A stretch of DNA of 64,000 nucleotides from Alphaproteobacteria bacterium. GTDB taxonomy: Bacteria > Pseudomonadota > Alphaproteobacteria > Micavibrionales > UBA2020. The position numbers and the translations under genes were made by a program. Below are positions 45,954 through 55,400 of the stretch, piece by piece. A model generated the notes under the pieces. That model ran no database searches. It was not told the origin of the DNA and was given only the letters and a program-made list of their open reading frames with translations. The first letter of the stretch is position 1, and the number at the start of each line of letters is the position of its first letter. Where the stretch lies: contig JAICWS010000002.1 of NCBI GenBank assembly GCA_025934695.1, forward strand, positions 909,043 to 973,042. The letters run 5' to 3'.

Positions 45954-46328
45954 ATGTATTGCCAATCCTTCAAGTCCTGGAGCGACATCACCCTGCGCAA
46001 CCTCGAGCAGTTCCGGAAGATTTCCGCGACCGGCTTCAGCATTGCGGGCAACCTGCTCCAGACGCAGATCGAGCTCGCCGCCGCGCTGGCCGACATCGCT
46101 TCCTATCATGCGGGCAACATCGCCGCCGCGAAAGACGCCGGCGAAATCGCTTCGCGCCACATGGGCCTCGCCGAAGAATCGGGCAAGGTCATCTTCGAAA
46201 CCGCGCAATCGACGGCCGAGATCCTGACCGAAGCCGGCAAGGCTTACGGTAAGCTGTTCGAAACGACGCTGGCCTCCGGCGCCGCTTTCGCCGCGAACTC
46301 GACCAAGACGCAAAAGGCCGCCGCTTAA
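45954..46328 (+). CDS. phasin-family protein (PHA granule-associated)
   Basis: 124 aa, all-helical and Ala-rich with a phasin-like N-terminus (NLEQFRKISATGFSIAGNLLQTQIELA). AAGGAG SD. Confidence 0.7.
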   Translation: MYCQSFKSWSDITLRNLEQFRKISATGFSIAGNLLQTQIELAAALADIASYHAGNIAAAKDAGEIASRHMGLAEESGKVIFETAQSTAEILTEAGKAYGKLFETTLASGAAFAANSTKTQKAAA

Positions 46329-46352
46329 AGCGCTTCGGCTTTAAGAACACAA

Positions 46353-46393
46353 ACATCCCGCCGCGGATTATCCCGGCGGGATGTTTTATTTTT
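46353..46393 (+). terminator. rho-independent terminator of the phasin gene
   Basis: acatcccgccg / cggcgggatgt stem followed by tttattttt. Confidence 0.7.
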
Positions 46394-46602
46394 CCCCACA
46401 ATGAACACGAATAGACACGAACGAAAGAAGCGCCGCAGGCATCTTCTTATCCGAAGAGAATTAAACCCACAGATGGACACAGATAGACACGGATATTTTT
46501 TCTTATCCGTGTTCATCCGTGTTCATCCGTGTCCATCTGTGGGCTCCTCAATGCCTGCGGCGCGAAGAAAGAATTCGCGTTAATTCGTATTCATTCGTGG
46601 GG
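46394..46602. repeat. nested palindromic intergenic element (family B)
   Basis: The outer arms ccccacaatgaacacgaatagacacgaa and ttcgcgttaattcgtattcattcgtgggg are inverted copies. So are the inner arms cccacagatggacacagatagacacggata and tatccgtgttcatccgtgttcatccgtgtccatctgtggg. Confidence 0.65.
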
Positions 46603-46610
46603 AATCTTCT

Positions 46611-47360
46611 TCAGGCCGATTTTTGGAGAGCGGGTCCGCCGGCTTCGACGACGAGGCGGTCGCTCGCGGTTTCGAGGGCGGTTTCCATCTGCGCCATCGC
46701 CTGCAGCGGCGGCAGGCCGGGCGCAATGGGGGGCAGGAATTCGAACACGACGGTGCCGGGCTTTTTGAAGAAGGAATTGCGGCCCCAGTAGACGCCGGAA
46801 TTGAGCGCCATCGGCACGATGGGCACCTGCAGGTCCTTGTAGATCTTCGACAGCCCGGCCTTATAGGGTTTTACCTCGCCCGGCTTGACGCGCGTGCCCT
46901 GCGGGAAGATGGCGATGCTGCGGTGATCGGCGATCGCCTTGCGGCAGCCGTCGATCATCGCGCGCATGGATTCCATGCCTTGGCCGCGGTCGATGGCGAT
47001 CAGGCCCATGCGCTTCGGGTACATGCCCCACAGCGGCAGTTTGGTGAGTTCCTTCTTCAGCACGATGACGGGATAATCGAACTGCTTCATGAAGGGCAGC
47101 TTCAGCGTCTCATAGGCCGACTGGTGCTTGGAGGCGATGATGTAGCCGCCCGATTTCGGCAAGTGCTCGAGCCCGCGGATCTCCAGCTTCAGACCCATGA
47201 TCCAGCGTTCGATGAGGGCGATGTAGCCGCCGTAGATCGCGCTGATGATCGCGGTGCATTTGCGGGGCGGGAAGGCGAAGGCCCAGAGCAGCACGAGGCT
47301 CCAGAACAGCGAGCCGAAAATGTAAAAGATGTTGAAGACGATGGAACGTATCGCGTTCAT
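46611..47360 (-). CDS. plsC: 1-acyl-sn-glycerol-3-phosphate acyltransferase
   Basis: 249 aa. HQSAYE (HX4D-type) box and FPQGTR box. Confidence 0.85.
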   Translation of the reverse strand: MNAIRSIVFNIFYIFGSLFWSLVLLWAFAFPPRKCTAIISAIYGGYIALIERWIMGLKLEIRGLEHLPKSGGYIIASKHQSAYETLKLPFMKQFDYPVIVLKKELTKLPLWGMYPKRMGLIAIDRGQGMESMRAMIDGCRKAIADHRSIAIFPQGTRVKPGEVKPYKAGLSKIYKDLQVPIVPMALNSGVYWGRNSFFKKPGTVVFEFLPPIAPGLPPLQAMAQMETALETASDRLVVEAGGPALQKSA

Positions 47361-48001
47361 GGCTGCTCCATCCAGGCCAGCGGCGACCAGGCGAGCGTCA
47401 CCAGGTATTTCATGTATTCATGCAGGATCAGCCAGCGAAAGCCGGGGTTGCGCCACCAGTCCGCCAGGTTCAGCCCCTCCGGGTTGACCGGCCAGGGGAT
47501 GACCCGCATGTCCGGCATCACCGTGTGGAAGACGAGCAGCGCGCGCTGCATGTGGTAATTCGCGGTCACAAGGTAGGCCGAGGTGAACTTCTCGTCCTCC
47601 ATCCACTTCCGGGTTTCGTGCGCGTTGCCAATGGTGTCGTCGGCCTCGAAGCCCAGGACAACGCAGCAGTCGAGCCCGTCGTGGTCGGCCTTTTTCCAGC
47701 GGCTCAGCAGCTGCTTCACTTCGACGCCATGATAGACGCCCGAGATGAACAGCTTCTGCCCCAAGCCGCGATTGAGCAGGTCGAAGCCTTCGTCGAGCCG
47801 CGCGCTGCCGCCGGTCAGCACCACGATGGCGTCGGCAGGACGCGCGTTGGGGGGCGGGGTGGTGACGATGCCGCGCATGAACCATTCGAGCCCGCCCAGG
47901 TACAGGGCGATGAGCAGCAGCGCCGCCATCAGCGTGATGCGGGCGGGACGTCCGAGGCGGTGCAGCGCGAAGCGGTTCTCGTGTGTCAGGGCTTGTTCCA
48001 T
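47357..48001 (-). CDS. YdcF/ElyC (DUF218) family protein
   Basis: 214 aa. N-terminal TM and DAIVVLTGGSARLDEG...LFISGV motif. 4-nt overlap with plsC. Confidence 0.75.
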   Translation of the reverse strand: MEQALTHENRFALHRLGRPARITLMAALLLIALYLGGLEWFMRGIVTTPPPNARPADAIVVLTGGSARLDEGFDLLNRGLGQKLFISGVYHGVEVKQLLSRWKKADHDGLDCCVVLGFEADDTIGNAHETRKWMEDEKFTSAYLVTANYHMQRALLVFHTVMPDMRVIPWPVNPEGLNLADWWRNPGFRWLILHEYMKYLVTLAWSPLAWMEQP

Positions 48002-48038
48002 GTCGGGTTCAAAGTCGCCGCGGACGAAAGCGCCGTCT

Positions 48039-48962
48039 TTACGGCAGCCGGACCAATTCGCCCATCACCGTCTTCTGCGCCGTCAGGTGGGCGACGAGCG
48101 CGCTGAAGAGGACCGGCGAGATCATGAGCGCGAGCCATTCAAGCGGCACGAGCTTCAGGCGCGGCAGGATGGCCGCATCGACCGTATGCGTCATGTAACT
48201 CACGGTCGCGATGGTGAGCGCGAGGCAGAACAGGCCGAGCAACGCGCCCTTGAGCGTCCCTTTCAGCGTGTGCTGGCGGAACTGGCGGGCGATGTATTCG
48301 TCGCTCGCGCCGATCAGGTGGAGCGTTTCGACTTCTGCCGCATGGATGGCGAGCTTCGCGCGCACGATGCTGGCGATGGCCGCGACCGCCAGGAGCACGA
48401 TGACCCCCGTCAGCAGCAGCACGAAGGCGCGGGCCGTCGCAACCAGCGTTTTGACGTCGTCGAGCGTATCGTCATGCGTGTCGACCGAAGCCGAAGGCGC
48501 GATGCTGCGGATATCCGCCTGCAGCTTTTCGACGTCGGCTTTCTTGTTCAGCTTGAGGTCGATGAGCGCGGGCAGGGGCAGGTCGTCCGACATCTTGTCG
48601 CCGAGCCAGGGGCGGATCAGGTTGCGGATTTCATCTTTGGTCAGCACGCGGGCTTCGGCCACGGCGGGATGTTTTTTCGCGAGCGCCAGGACCTGCTGCA
48701 CGCTGTCGTCGGTGATCTTCTGCGCTTCGGCCTGCGCCCTTGCGCCGTCGACCTGCATCACCGGTTGGATTTCGACGGTCAGGCTGCCCGTGAGGCCAGT
48801 GACCCAGTTCTGCGTCAGCGTGTTGAGGCCGAGGTTCACGGCCAGCGCCAGCGCCACGAAAAATACCATGAGGCCTGTGATCCAGGTCACCATATGTGCG
48901 CCGACGCCTTCCTCGAGCGCGATGTCGTACTGGTATTTGCGGGCGAAAAGTTTGGTTTTCAT
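48039..48962 (-). CDS. ftsX: cell division permease-like protein FtsX
   Basis: 307 aa with four TM segments and a large periplasmic loop. Lies immediately downstream of ftsE, with a 1-nt gap. Confidence 0.8.
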   Translation of the reverse strand: MKTKLFARKYQYDIALEEGVGAHMVTWITGLMVFFVALALAVNLGLNTLTQNWVTGLTGSLTVEIQPVMQVDGARAQAEAQKITDDSVQQVLALAKKHPAVAEARVLTKDEIRNLIRPWLGDKMSDDLPLPALIDLKLNKKADVEKLQADIRSIAPSASVDTHDDTLDDVKTLVATARAFVLLLTGVIVLLAVAAIASIVRAKLAIHAAEVETLHLIGASDEYIARQFRQHTLKGTLKGALLGLFCLALTIATVSYMTHTVDAAILPRLKLVPLEWLALMISPVLFSALVAHLTAQKTVMGELVRLP

Positions 48963-48963
48963 G

Positions 48964-49650
48964 TTATGCGGCCCTTGACTCGTTATGGCGGCTTTCGGAA
49001 ATCGTGCCGCCGACGAGGTGCAGGATCGGGTGCTTGAAGCGCGCGATCATCTCATGGTCGTGCGTCGCGACGAGGACGGTCGTGCCGTGGCGGTTAAGCT
49101 CTTCGAAAAGGTGCATGATCTTGTTGCCGATGCCGTGGTCGATATTGCCCGTGGGCTCGTCGGCCAAGAGCAGTTTCGGGCGGTTGACGATGGCGCGGGC
49201 GACCGCGATGCGCTGCTGTTCGCCGCCCGAGAGCGTGGGCGGGCGCGCATCCAGCTTGTCGCCGAGGCCGACCCATTTCAGCAGTTCGGTCACGTTGCGC
49301 GAAATGTCTTTTTCGGTCGCGCCCGCGGTGCGCAGCGGCAGCGCCACATTGTCATAGGCGGACAGGTGGCCGAGCAGGCGGAAGTCCTGGAACACGACGC
49401 CGACCTGGCGGCGCACGGCCGGCATGTCCTTGCGGGGCAGTGTCGAGAGATCCTTGCCGAACAGGTTGACGACGCCGCGCGTCGGCTTCTGGCCGAGGTA
49501 GAGGAGCTTCATGAGCGAGGTCTTGCCGGCGCCCGATGGACCGGTGAGGAAGTGGAAAGAACCCGGCGCCAGTTCTATGTTGATGTCATGCAGGATTTCC
49601 GGGCCGGTCGAGTAGCGCAGGCCGACATTGGAGAATTTGACCAAAGCCAT
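48964..49650 (-). CDS. ftsE: cell division ATP-binding protein FtsE
   Basis: 228 aa from ATG 49650. Walker A GPSGAGKTS, signature LSGGEQQR, Walker B LLLADEPTGN. Confidence 0.9.
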   Translation of the reverse strand: MALVKFSNVGLRYSTGPEILHDINIELAPGSFHFLTGPSGAGKTSLMKLLYLGQKPTRGVVNLFGKDLSTLPRKDMPAVRRQVGVVFQDFRLLGHLSAYDNVALPLRTAGATEKDISRNVTELLKWVGLGDKLDARPPTLSGGEQQRIAVARAIVNRPKLLLADEPTGNIDHGIGNKIMHLFEELNRHGTTVLVATHDHEMIARFKHPILHLVGGTISESRHNESRAA

Positions 49651-49809
49651 TCTTTCTTTGCTCCATTCGCTTGCGCGAAAATCTCGCCGGTATTTCGATA
49701 ATACGGCAAATTCGCGCAGCAAAATTCTCAAAAATTAATAATTAACATGCTATCCTTATTCAAGATGTGTTGCCACTTTTATTTGACCATAAACGGTATT
49801 TTTTGAAAA

Positions 49810-50664
49810 ATGGCGGCTGAAAACGAAATCCATCTGACGTGCCGGAATTGCAGCACTGTCTATCGCCTCGACCCCGCGAAGCTGGAGGACGGGCGCATGG
49901 TGCGCTGCCATGCCTGCCGCGCGGAATGGTACCAGCTGCCGCCCGTCGACGGCACCGTTCCCGAGCCGCTGGACGCGCCGCCGGAACCGCCCGCGCCCGC
50001 CGCCGCCGAAGCGCCTCAAGGCGAAACACCGGCCGGCCAGCCGGCCCAGCAGCCCGAGTGGATGATCGACGACGAGCCGAAGGACGATCTGGCCTTCCGG
50101 CCCACCAACAAGGGCGAGTTCTTCCTCGAGGACGACATGCGCGTCGTCCCCGACACGGTCATGCCGGATGCGGCTTTCCCCCAAAAGGGCAATATGCCCG
50201 CGCAAATCATCACCCACCAGCCGATGGGCATGGGCGCGGGGGCTTACGGTGTCTTTATCTTCATCCTGCTCTTCTGCCTCACGGCGGCGCCCCTGATGCT
50301 GTTCCGCAAGCAGATCGTGGCGCATCACCCGGTCCTGCTGACGCTTTATTCCGCCGTCGGCATCCGCGTCGATCCGCCGGGGCAGGGGCTCACCTTTGGG
50401 TCGATGCTGGCCGAAAACCGCATCGGCAAGGACTCGCATACACTGGCGGTGAGCGCTAAACTGTCGAACGGTTCCGACCACGAGCTCCCTTATCCTTCCT
50501 TGCGCCTCACTGTCCAGGACGCGGGCGGCAGGCCGATCAAGGACTGGGATTTCACGCCGGAGAAGAAGATGATCAAGCCAGGCGATACGGTGCCCGTCAC
50601 GCTGACCTTCGACAACCCGCCCGATGAGGGCAAAATCGCCCAGCTGACCGTGACCGCGGACTAG
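49810..50664 (+). CDS. MJ0042-type zinc-ribbon protein with a DUF3426-like C-terminal domain
   Basis: CRNCSTVYRL...VRCHACRAEW zinc ribbon, Pro-rich linker, one TM, and a C-terminal beta domain. Confidence 0.75.
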   Translation: MAAENEIHLTCRNCSTVYRLDPAKLEDGRMVRCHACRAEWYQLPPVDGTVPEPLDAPPEPPAPAAAEAPQGETPAGQPAQQPEWMIDDEPKDDLAFRPTNKGEFFLEDDMRVVPDTVMPDAAFPQKGNMPAQIITHQPMGMGAGAYGVFIFILLFCLTAAPLMLFRKQIVAHHPVLLTLYSAVGIRVDPPGQGLTFGSMLAENRIGKDSHTLAVSAKLSNGSDHELPYPSLRLTVQDAGGRPIKDWDFTPEKKMIKPGDTVPVTLTFDNPPDEGKIAQLTVTAD

Positions 50665-50680
50665 GAAAGGAAACGACGCC

Positions 50681-51055
50681 ATGACGACAGACGATACAAG
50701 ATGGATCCTGGTGGCGGACGACGAGCCTTCGGTGCGGCAGTTCGTGGAACGCGCGTTGAATTATGCGGGGTATGCGGTGACGGCGGTGCCTGACGGCAAC
50801 GCGGCGCTCGAGGCGCTGACCAAGCGCAAATACGATTTGCTGCTGACCGATATCGTGATGCCCGATCTCGACGGCATCGCGCTCGCGCTGAAAGTGGCGA
50901 AGGATTATCCCGACACCCGCATCCTCATGATGTCGGGCTATGCCAACCAGCGCCAGCGCGCGCATAACCTCGATTTCCTGGCCCATGAGGTCATCTCGAA
51001 GCCCTTCACGCTCGAGGAAATCACCAAGCGCATCGCCGGCGCCTTCGCGGCTTGA
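50681..51055 (+). CDS. cpdR: single-domain response regulator, CpdR-like
   Basis: 124 aa. VADDEP acidic pocket, phospho-acceptor LLLTDIVMPDLDG, MMSGY, SKPF. Confidence 0.75.
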   Translation: MTTDDTRWILVADDEPSVRQFVERALNYAGYAVTAVPDGNAALEALTKRKYDLLLTDIVMPDLDGIALALKVAKDYPDTRILMMSGYANQRQRAHNLDFLAHEVISKPFTLEEITKRIAGAFAA

Positions 51056-51217
51056 TCCGCGGTCGATGCGCCGAATAGCAGAAAATGGTTTTGGTTCCCT
51101 CATCCGAAAGAAAAATTTCGGATGAGATATTCTTTATATCCTGTTAAAAAATAGGCTCCGACAAAATCAAGGAATCGCCATTTTGCGCCATGTTGTGATA
51201 TTTCAAAGGCTTGTGCG

Positions 51218-51619
51218 GTGACTGTGCCCGCCACAGATATATTGGCGGCGAGTACGCGCGCAACAATTCTGGTCGTGGAAGACAACGTCGAATTGCGCTT
51301 CCTCGTCTCGGACGTACTGCGTTCGGAAGGCTTCCGCGTCGTGGAGGCAGCGACCGTCAAAGAGGCAGTTGCTTTTCTCAAGACTTCCAATGAAGTATCT
51401 CTGGTCTTCTCCGACATCGTGCTGCCGGGGGAAATGGACGGAATTGCCTTTGCCCGCCTGCTGGAGCGCGACTATCCACATATCAAGATCATTCTTACCT
51501 CCGGCGAGGTCTCGCGCGACGCGGTGCCGGCTAACCTCATGCTGATGCGCAAGCCTTATATTCTTGCGCGGGTCGTCACGGAAGTCACTCGCGCGCTGGG
51601 CCTGGAACCCGCGGAATGA
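51218..51619 (+). CDS. single-domain response regulator (canonical receiver)
   Basis: 133 aa with a GTG start. VVEDN, SLVFSDIVLPGEMDG, ILTSG, RKPY. Confidence 0.75.
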   Translation: MTVPATDILAASTRATILVVEDNVELRFLVSDVLRSEGFRVVEAATVKEAVAFLKTSNEVSLVFSDIVLPGEMDGIAFARLLERDYPHIKIILTSGEVSRDAVPANLMLMRKPYILARVVTEVTRALGLEPAE

Positions 51620-51636
51620 TACCCCGTTAGTGGGGT

Positions 51637-52026
51637 ATGGCACAGCAATGCGTCCTCATCGTCGAGCCCGACTTGCCGGTCCGCCACCCCGTGGCGGAAT
51701 ACCTGCGCAAGTGCGGGTACCAGGTCCTGGAAGCGGTGAACACCGACGAAGCCAGGATTCTCCTCACGCGCAAGGACGATATCGATGTCGTTCTCATTGG
51801 CGGCATGCCGCCCGGCGAAACCGATGTGTTCCGGCTCGCGCAATGGATCCGGGCGCAAAACCACCGCGCCAAGGTCATTATCGCCGGCACTGTCGAAAAG
51901 ACCGCCGAGACCGCGGGCAAGCTGTGCAGCGAAAGCAGCCTGCCGCATCCCTACCATCCCCAGCAGCTTCACGAAGAAATCAAGCGTCTCCTCGCCGCGC
52001 ATAAGCGGTCGAATGATGAGGGCTGA
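51637..52026 (+). CDS. receiver-like domain protein lacking the phospho-acceptor Asp (pseudo-receiver)
   Basis: 129 aa. Aligns with its neighbours, but the acceptor position reads DVVLIGGMPPGETD (Gly instead of Asp). The conserved Lys position reads LPHPY. Confidence 0.6.
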   Translation: MAQQCVLIVEPDLPVRHPVAEYLRKCGYQVLEAVNTDEARILLTRKDDIDVVLIGGMPPGETDVFRLAQWIRAQNHRAKVIIAGTVEKTAETAGKLCSESSLPHPYHPQQLHEEIKRLLAAHKRSNDEG

Positions 52027-52073
52027 CATTCTGAGTGTCTATCCAAAAAAGTGTTTTGCTAAAAAATGAGATC

Positions 52074-52189
52074 GTCATCCCTGCGCAGGCGGGGATCCAG
52101 TACCGTTGTTATAAAACAGCCTGCGGTGCAGATTGTCCAGCAAGCCGTTTTTATTACCACGGTACTGGATGCGCCTTCGCCGGCATGAC
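52074..52189. repeat. MITE-like element with terminal inverted repeats of about 30 bp (family C)
   Basis: gtcatccctgcgcaggcggggatccagtaccg ... cggtactggatgcgccttcgccggcatgac. Confidence 0.65.
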
Positions 52190-52241
52190 AATTTCTGTGT
52201 TTGATCGTCGGAAAAACTTTCCGAATGAAGTCTGCGAGCGC

Positions 52242-52396
52242 GGGACAATCCCTCTCCCTCCCATGCTGCGCATGGGCCCCTCCCTCTCCCGCCAATGCGG
52301 CGGGAAGAGGGGCAGCGCGACTTCCATCGCCCGCGCTTGTCGCGGGAGAGGGAAGGGGCCCCCGCCGGAGGCGTGGGAAGGGAGAGGGATTGTCCC
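52242..52396. repeat. long inverted-repeat element (family D)
   Basis: Outer arms gggacaatccctctccctcc ... ggaagggagagggattgtccc, with internal palindromes (cctctcccgccaatgcggcgggaagagg). Confidence 0.65.
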
Positions 52397-52417
52397 TTAC
52401 GCGGCCTTTGGAAAAAA

Positions 52418-55400
52418 TCAGTCAAAGGTCTGCAGCAGCCGGTCGATGTAGTCGCGCTCGACCTTGGGGCGCTGGTATTCGTTGGAGCGGCTGCGCAGTT
52501 CCTCGATGATCTGCTGCACGCGGCGGCGTTCTTTTTCGTCGGGGAGCTTGATCACGCCGCCTTCCTTGCCGTTGTCGCCTTCGCGCCCGAGCGGATCGAA
52601 GCCGTCGCCGTAGCCGCCGTCCCCCGAGCCGTCGCCGGGGTTAAAGCCCATCGACAGCATCATCTGCATGCTCTGCGCCATCTGTTGCAGCGCCTGGTCT
52701 TCGGCCTTCTGCAGGTTCTGGAGCGCCTCCCGCTGCTGCGCGGCGGAGCCTTGGGTGTCGCCGCCCTTCAGCGCTTCCTGCGCCGCCTTCATCTGCTGGT
52801 CGGCCTTGGCGAACTGGTCGGGAATCTGCGACATGCCGCCGCCGAGCGAGCGCATGAGATCGCCCAGGTTGTTGCGGATGGCGCCCTGTTCGGCCGCGCC
52901 TTCCTTGGGCGTTTTCACGTCAGGGAATTTTTCCTTGCCGCCGCCGCCGGCTGCCGCCTGCTGCTGGTCGCCGCCAGCGCCACCCTGCGGTATTTTTTCA
53001 CCGCCGCTCCCGCCGGCCTGCTGTTTCCGACCGGTATCGCCACCGCCCGCCTGTTGCATCTGCTGGCCCTGGTGCCCTTGCTGACCCGGCTGCTGACCCT
53101 GGCCTTGCCCCATCTGCTGCTGGCCCGGCAGGCCGAGCGGCGAAGGTAACCCCGGCATCGGCGAGCTCATACCGGCTGACCCTTGTTGACCCTGCTGGCC
53201 CTGTTGGCTTTGCTGACCGCCAGCCTGTTGCTGCTGCTGACCCTGTTGACCGTCGGCTTGCTGCTGTTGCTGACCTTGCTGACCACCGGCTTGTTGCTGC
53301 TGTTGATTTTGCTGACCACCAGCCTGCTGTTGTTGTTGACCTTGCTGACCGCCGGGCTGTTGCTGCTGTTGTCCTTGTTGACCGCCGGTTTGTTGCTGTT
53401 GTTGACCTTGCTGACCACCAGCCTGTTGTTGCTGCTGACCTTGCTGGCCACCGGGTTGTTGCTGTTGCTGACCCTGCTGATCCTGGGGTTGTTCGTCCTC
53501 GTCGCCTTGCTGGCCATTGGTCTGCTGCTGGTCATCTTGCTGGCCGTTCGAGCCGGATTGCTGGTTATCCTCCTGGCCCTGGCTGCCGCCCGGGGTCTGA
53601 TCCTGCTGCGACTGCTGGTCGCCCGATTGCTGTTGCTGGTCCTGCTGCTGCTGCTGGTTTTTCTGCCCCGGCTTGGGCGGCATCTTGTTGGTGTGGTCGA
53701 GCAGCGACTGCTGGCGCTGGATAAGCTTTTCAAGGTTGTTGAGCGCCTCGAGCGCCTTGCGCTGCGCCTCGCGCATCTGGTCGAGCTTCTTGGGGTCGAA
53801 GTTCTCGACGCTGTGGCGCAGGAACTGCGCCATCTTTTCCATCCGCTCGCGCTCGGAGCCTTGCGTCAGCTCCTTCATCTGTTCCATGAGCTTGCCCATG
53901 TCGACGCGCTTCATAAGCTTGTCGGCCAGCTCCTGCGACAGCTGCGGGGTCTGCTTGCCTTCCTGCATGCGCTGCTGCATTTCCTGCGCCAGCGTCTTCA
54001 CGTATTCGCGCATTTTCTGCTGCACCTGGTCCATGAGGTCCTGGATCTGGTCCTTGGTCAGGCTCTTGTCCTTGAGGCCTTCCTCGAGGCGCTGCAGCGC
54101 ATCGCTGAGCTCGCGCGAGGCGAGCGTGAGGCCGCCGTCCTCGACGCGCACCGCGAGGTCCCACAGCAGCCTCACGTCGGACTCGACCGATTCCGGCCCG
54201 CCGTCATAGACGAGGCGCTTGGATGCCATGTCGAGGCCGAGGAAGACGAGCGGATCGTATTTGTAGTTCGCGGGCACGTTCGCGATATTCGCCAGCGCTT
54301 CGGCCACCAGCCTGTCGGTGATCAGGTTTTCGTACCAGATCAGGCGCTTGCGCTCGGCGATGATGCGCTGCGCGGTCGGATTTTCGAACGTGCGCTCGGG
54401 CAGCAGGACTTTTTGGGGCTTCGTCGTGGTTTCCTGTCCCGCGGCGTCGACGGCGGTGAGCGTCAGCATGACTTCCGAGCCGGCCCAGGGATGCGCGGCG
54501 AGATCGGCGACATGGACCTGCTCGTCCTTCTTGAGGTCGTCGGGCACGGGGATGTCGAATTCGATCGGATTATTGGCGGCCAGCGTCTTGCGCAGGGCAT
54601 CGGTCGGCAGGATGAGGCCATAGATTTTCTTGACGCCGTAGTCGTCCGCGACCTTGTACTTGATCTTCATCGACGCGCGGTCGCCTTTTTCGGTGCCGAG
54701 CAGCGTGATCTCGGGCGGCGTGTCGGGAGTGACGGAGACCTGCCATTTGCCCAGCGTGCGGAACCAGCCTTTTTTGATCTTCAGCTCGCCATCTTTCGTC
54801 AGCGGCATTTCCATCGTGAAGCTGCGCGCTGCCGCGGCGTTGAAGGGGGGCGTCTCGGCGCCCGCATAGGTTACATGCGGCGGATCGTCATAACCGGAGA
54901 GGCGCACTTTCAGCACGCTGTTCTCGGGCACGGTGACGGGCCCGTGAATCGCCTGCGCGCCCAGCTGGGTGGTGGCAAGAAATACCGGGTTCACATGCGT
55001 GTAATCAGGCGGCGTGATCCAGGCGTCGAGCGCGACCGGCGCCGGATGGTAGAGTTGCGTGACATCGACGAAAAAGGCCTGGCGGATGCGGTAACCGGCT
55101 TCGCCTTGCGCCGTGATCAGGCTGAGCGCCAGCAGCGTGATGGCGGCGAAGCGCACCGCATAAGGGTCGCGTCCCGCGGCAATGGGGCGCGGGCGATGGG
55201 TCTTGAGACGGTCGCGCAGACGCGTCAGGCGGTCCTGGTAGCTGGCCCAGAGCTTGTGCCCGGATTCATGCGTACCTTCGACCGGCTTGTCGAGCATCGC
55301 CTCCAGCGGACGGTGGCGCAGGGCACTTGCGATCTCGATGGTGCGGCGCACGTCGCGGCCGCGCGGCAAGCGGAACGGCGCCCCCAAACGGGTCGAAGCG

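Noticed and set aside
46401-46583. ORF MNTNRHERKKRRRHLL... and neighbouring small ORFs.
   Set aside because: They are encoded by the arms of the nested palindrome (family B). Such peptides are artefacts of iterated ACACG/CGTGT units.
52035-52509. ORFs 52035..52451, 52059..52295, 52075..52425 and 52201..52509.
   Set aside because: They span the two inverted-repeat elements. The VIPAQAGIQ-type and PLSLP-type translations are hallmark repeat artefacts.
53200-53480. Regular 33-bp repeats that might look like a CRISPR array.
   Set aside because: The units are contiguous with no unique spacers. They are in frame within a 1063-aa ORF and encode a Gln/Gly repeat. No cas genes are present in the window.
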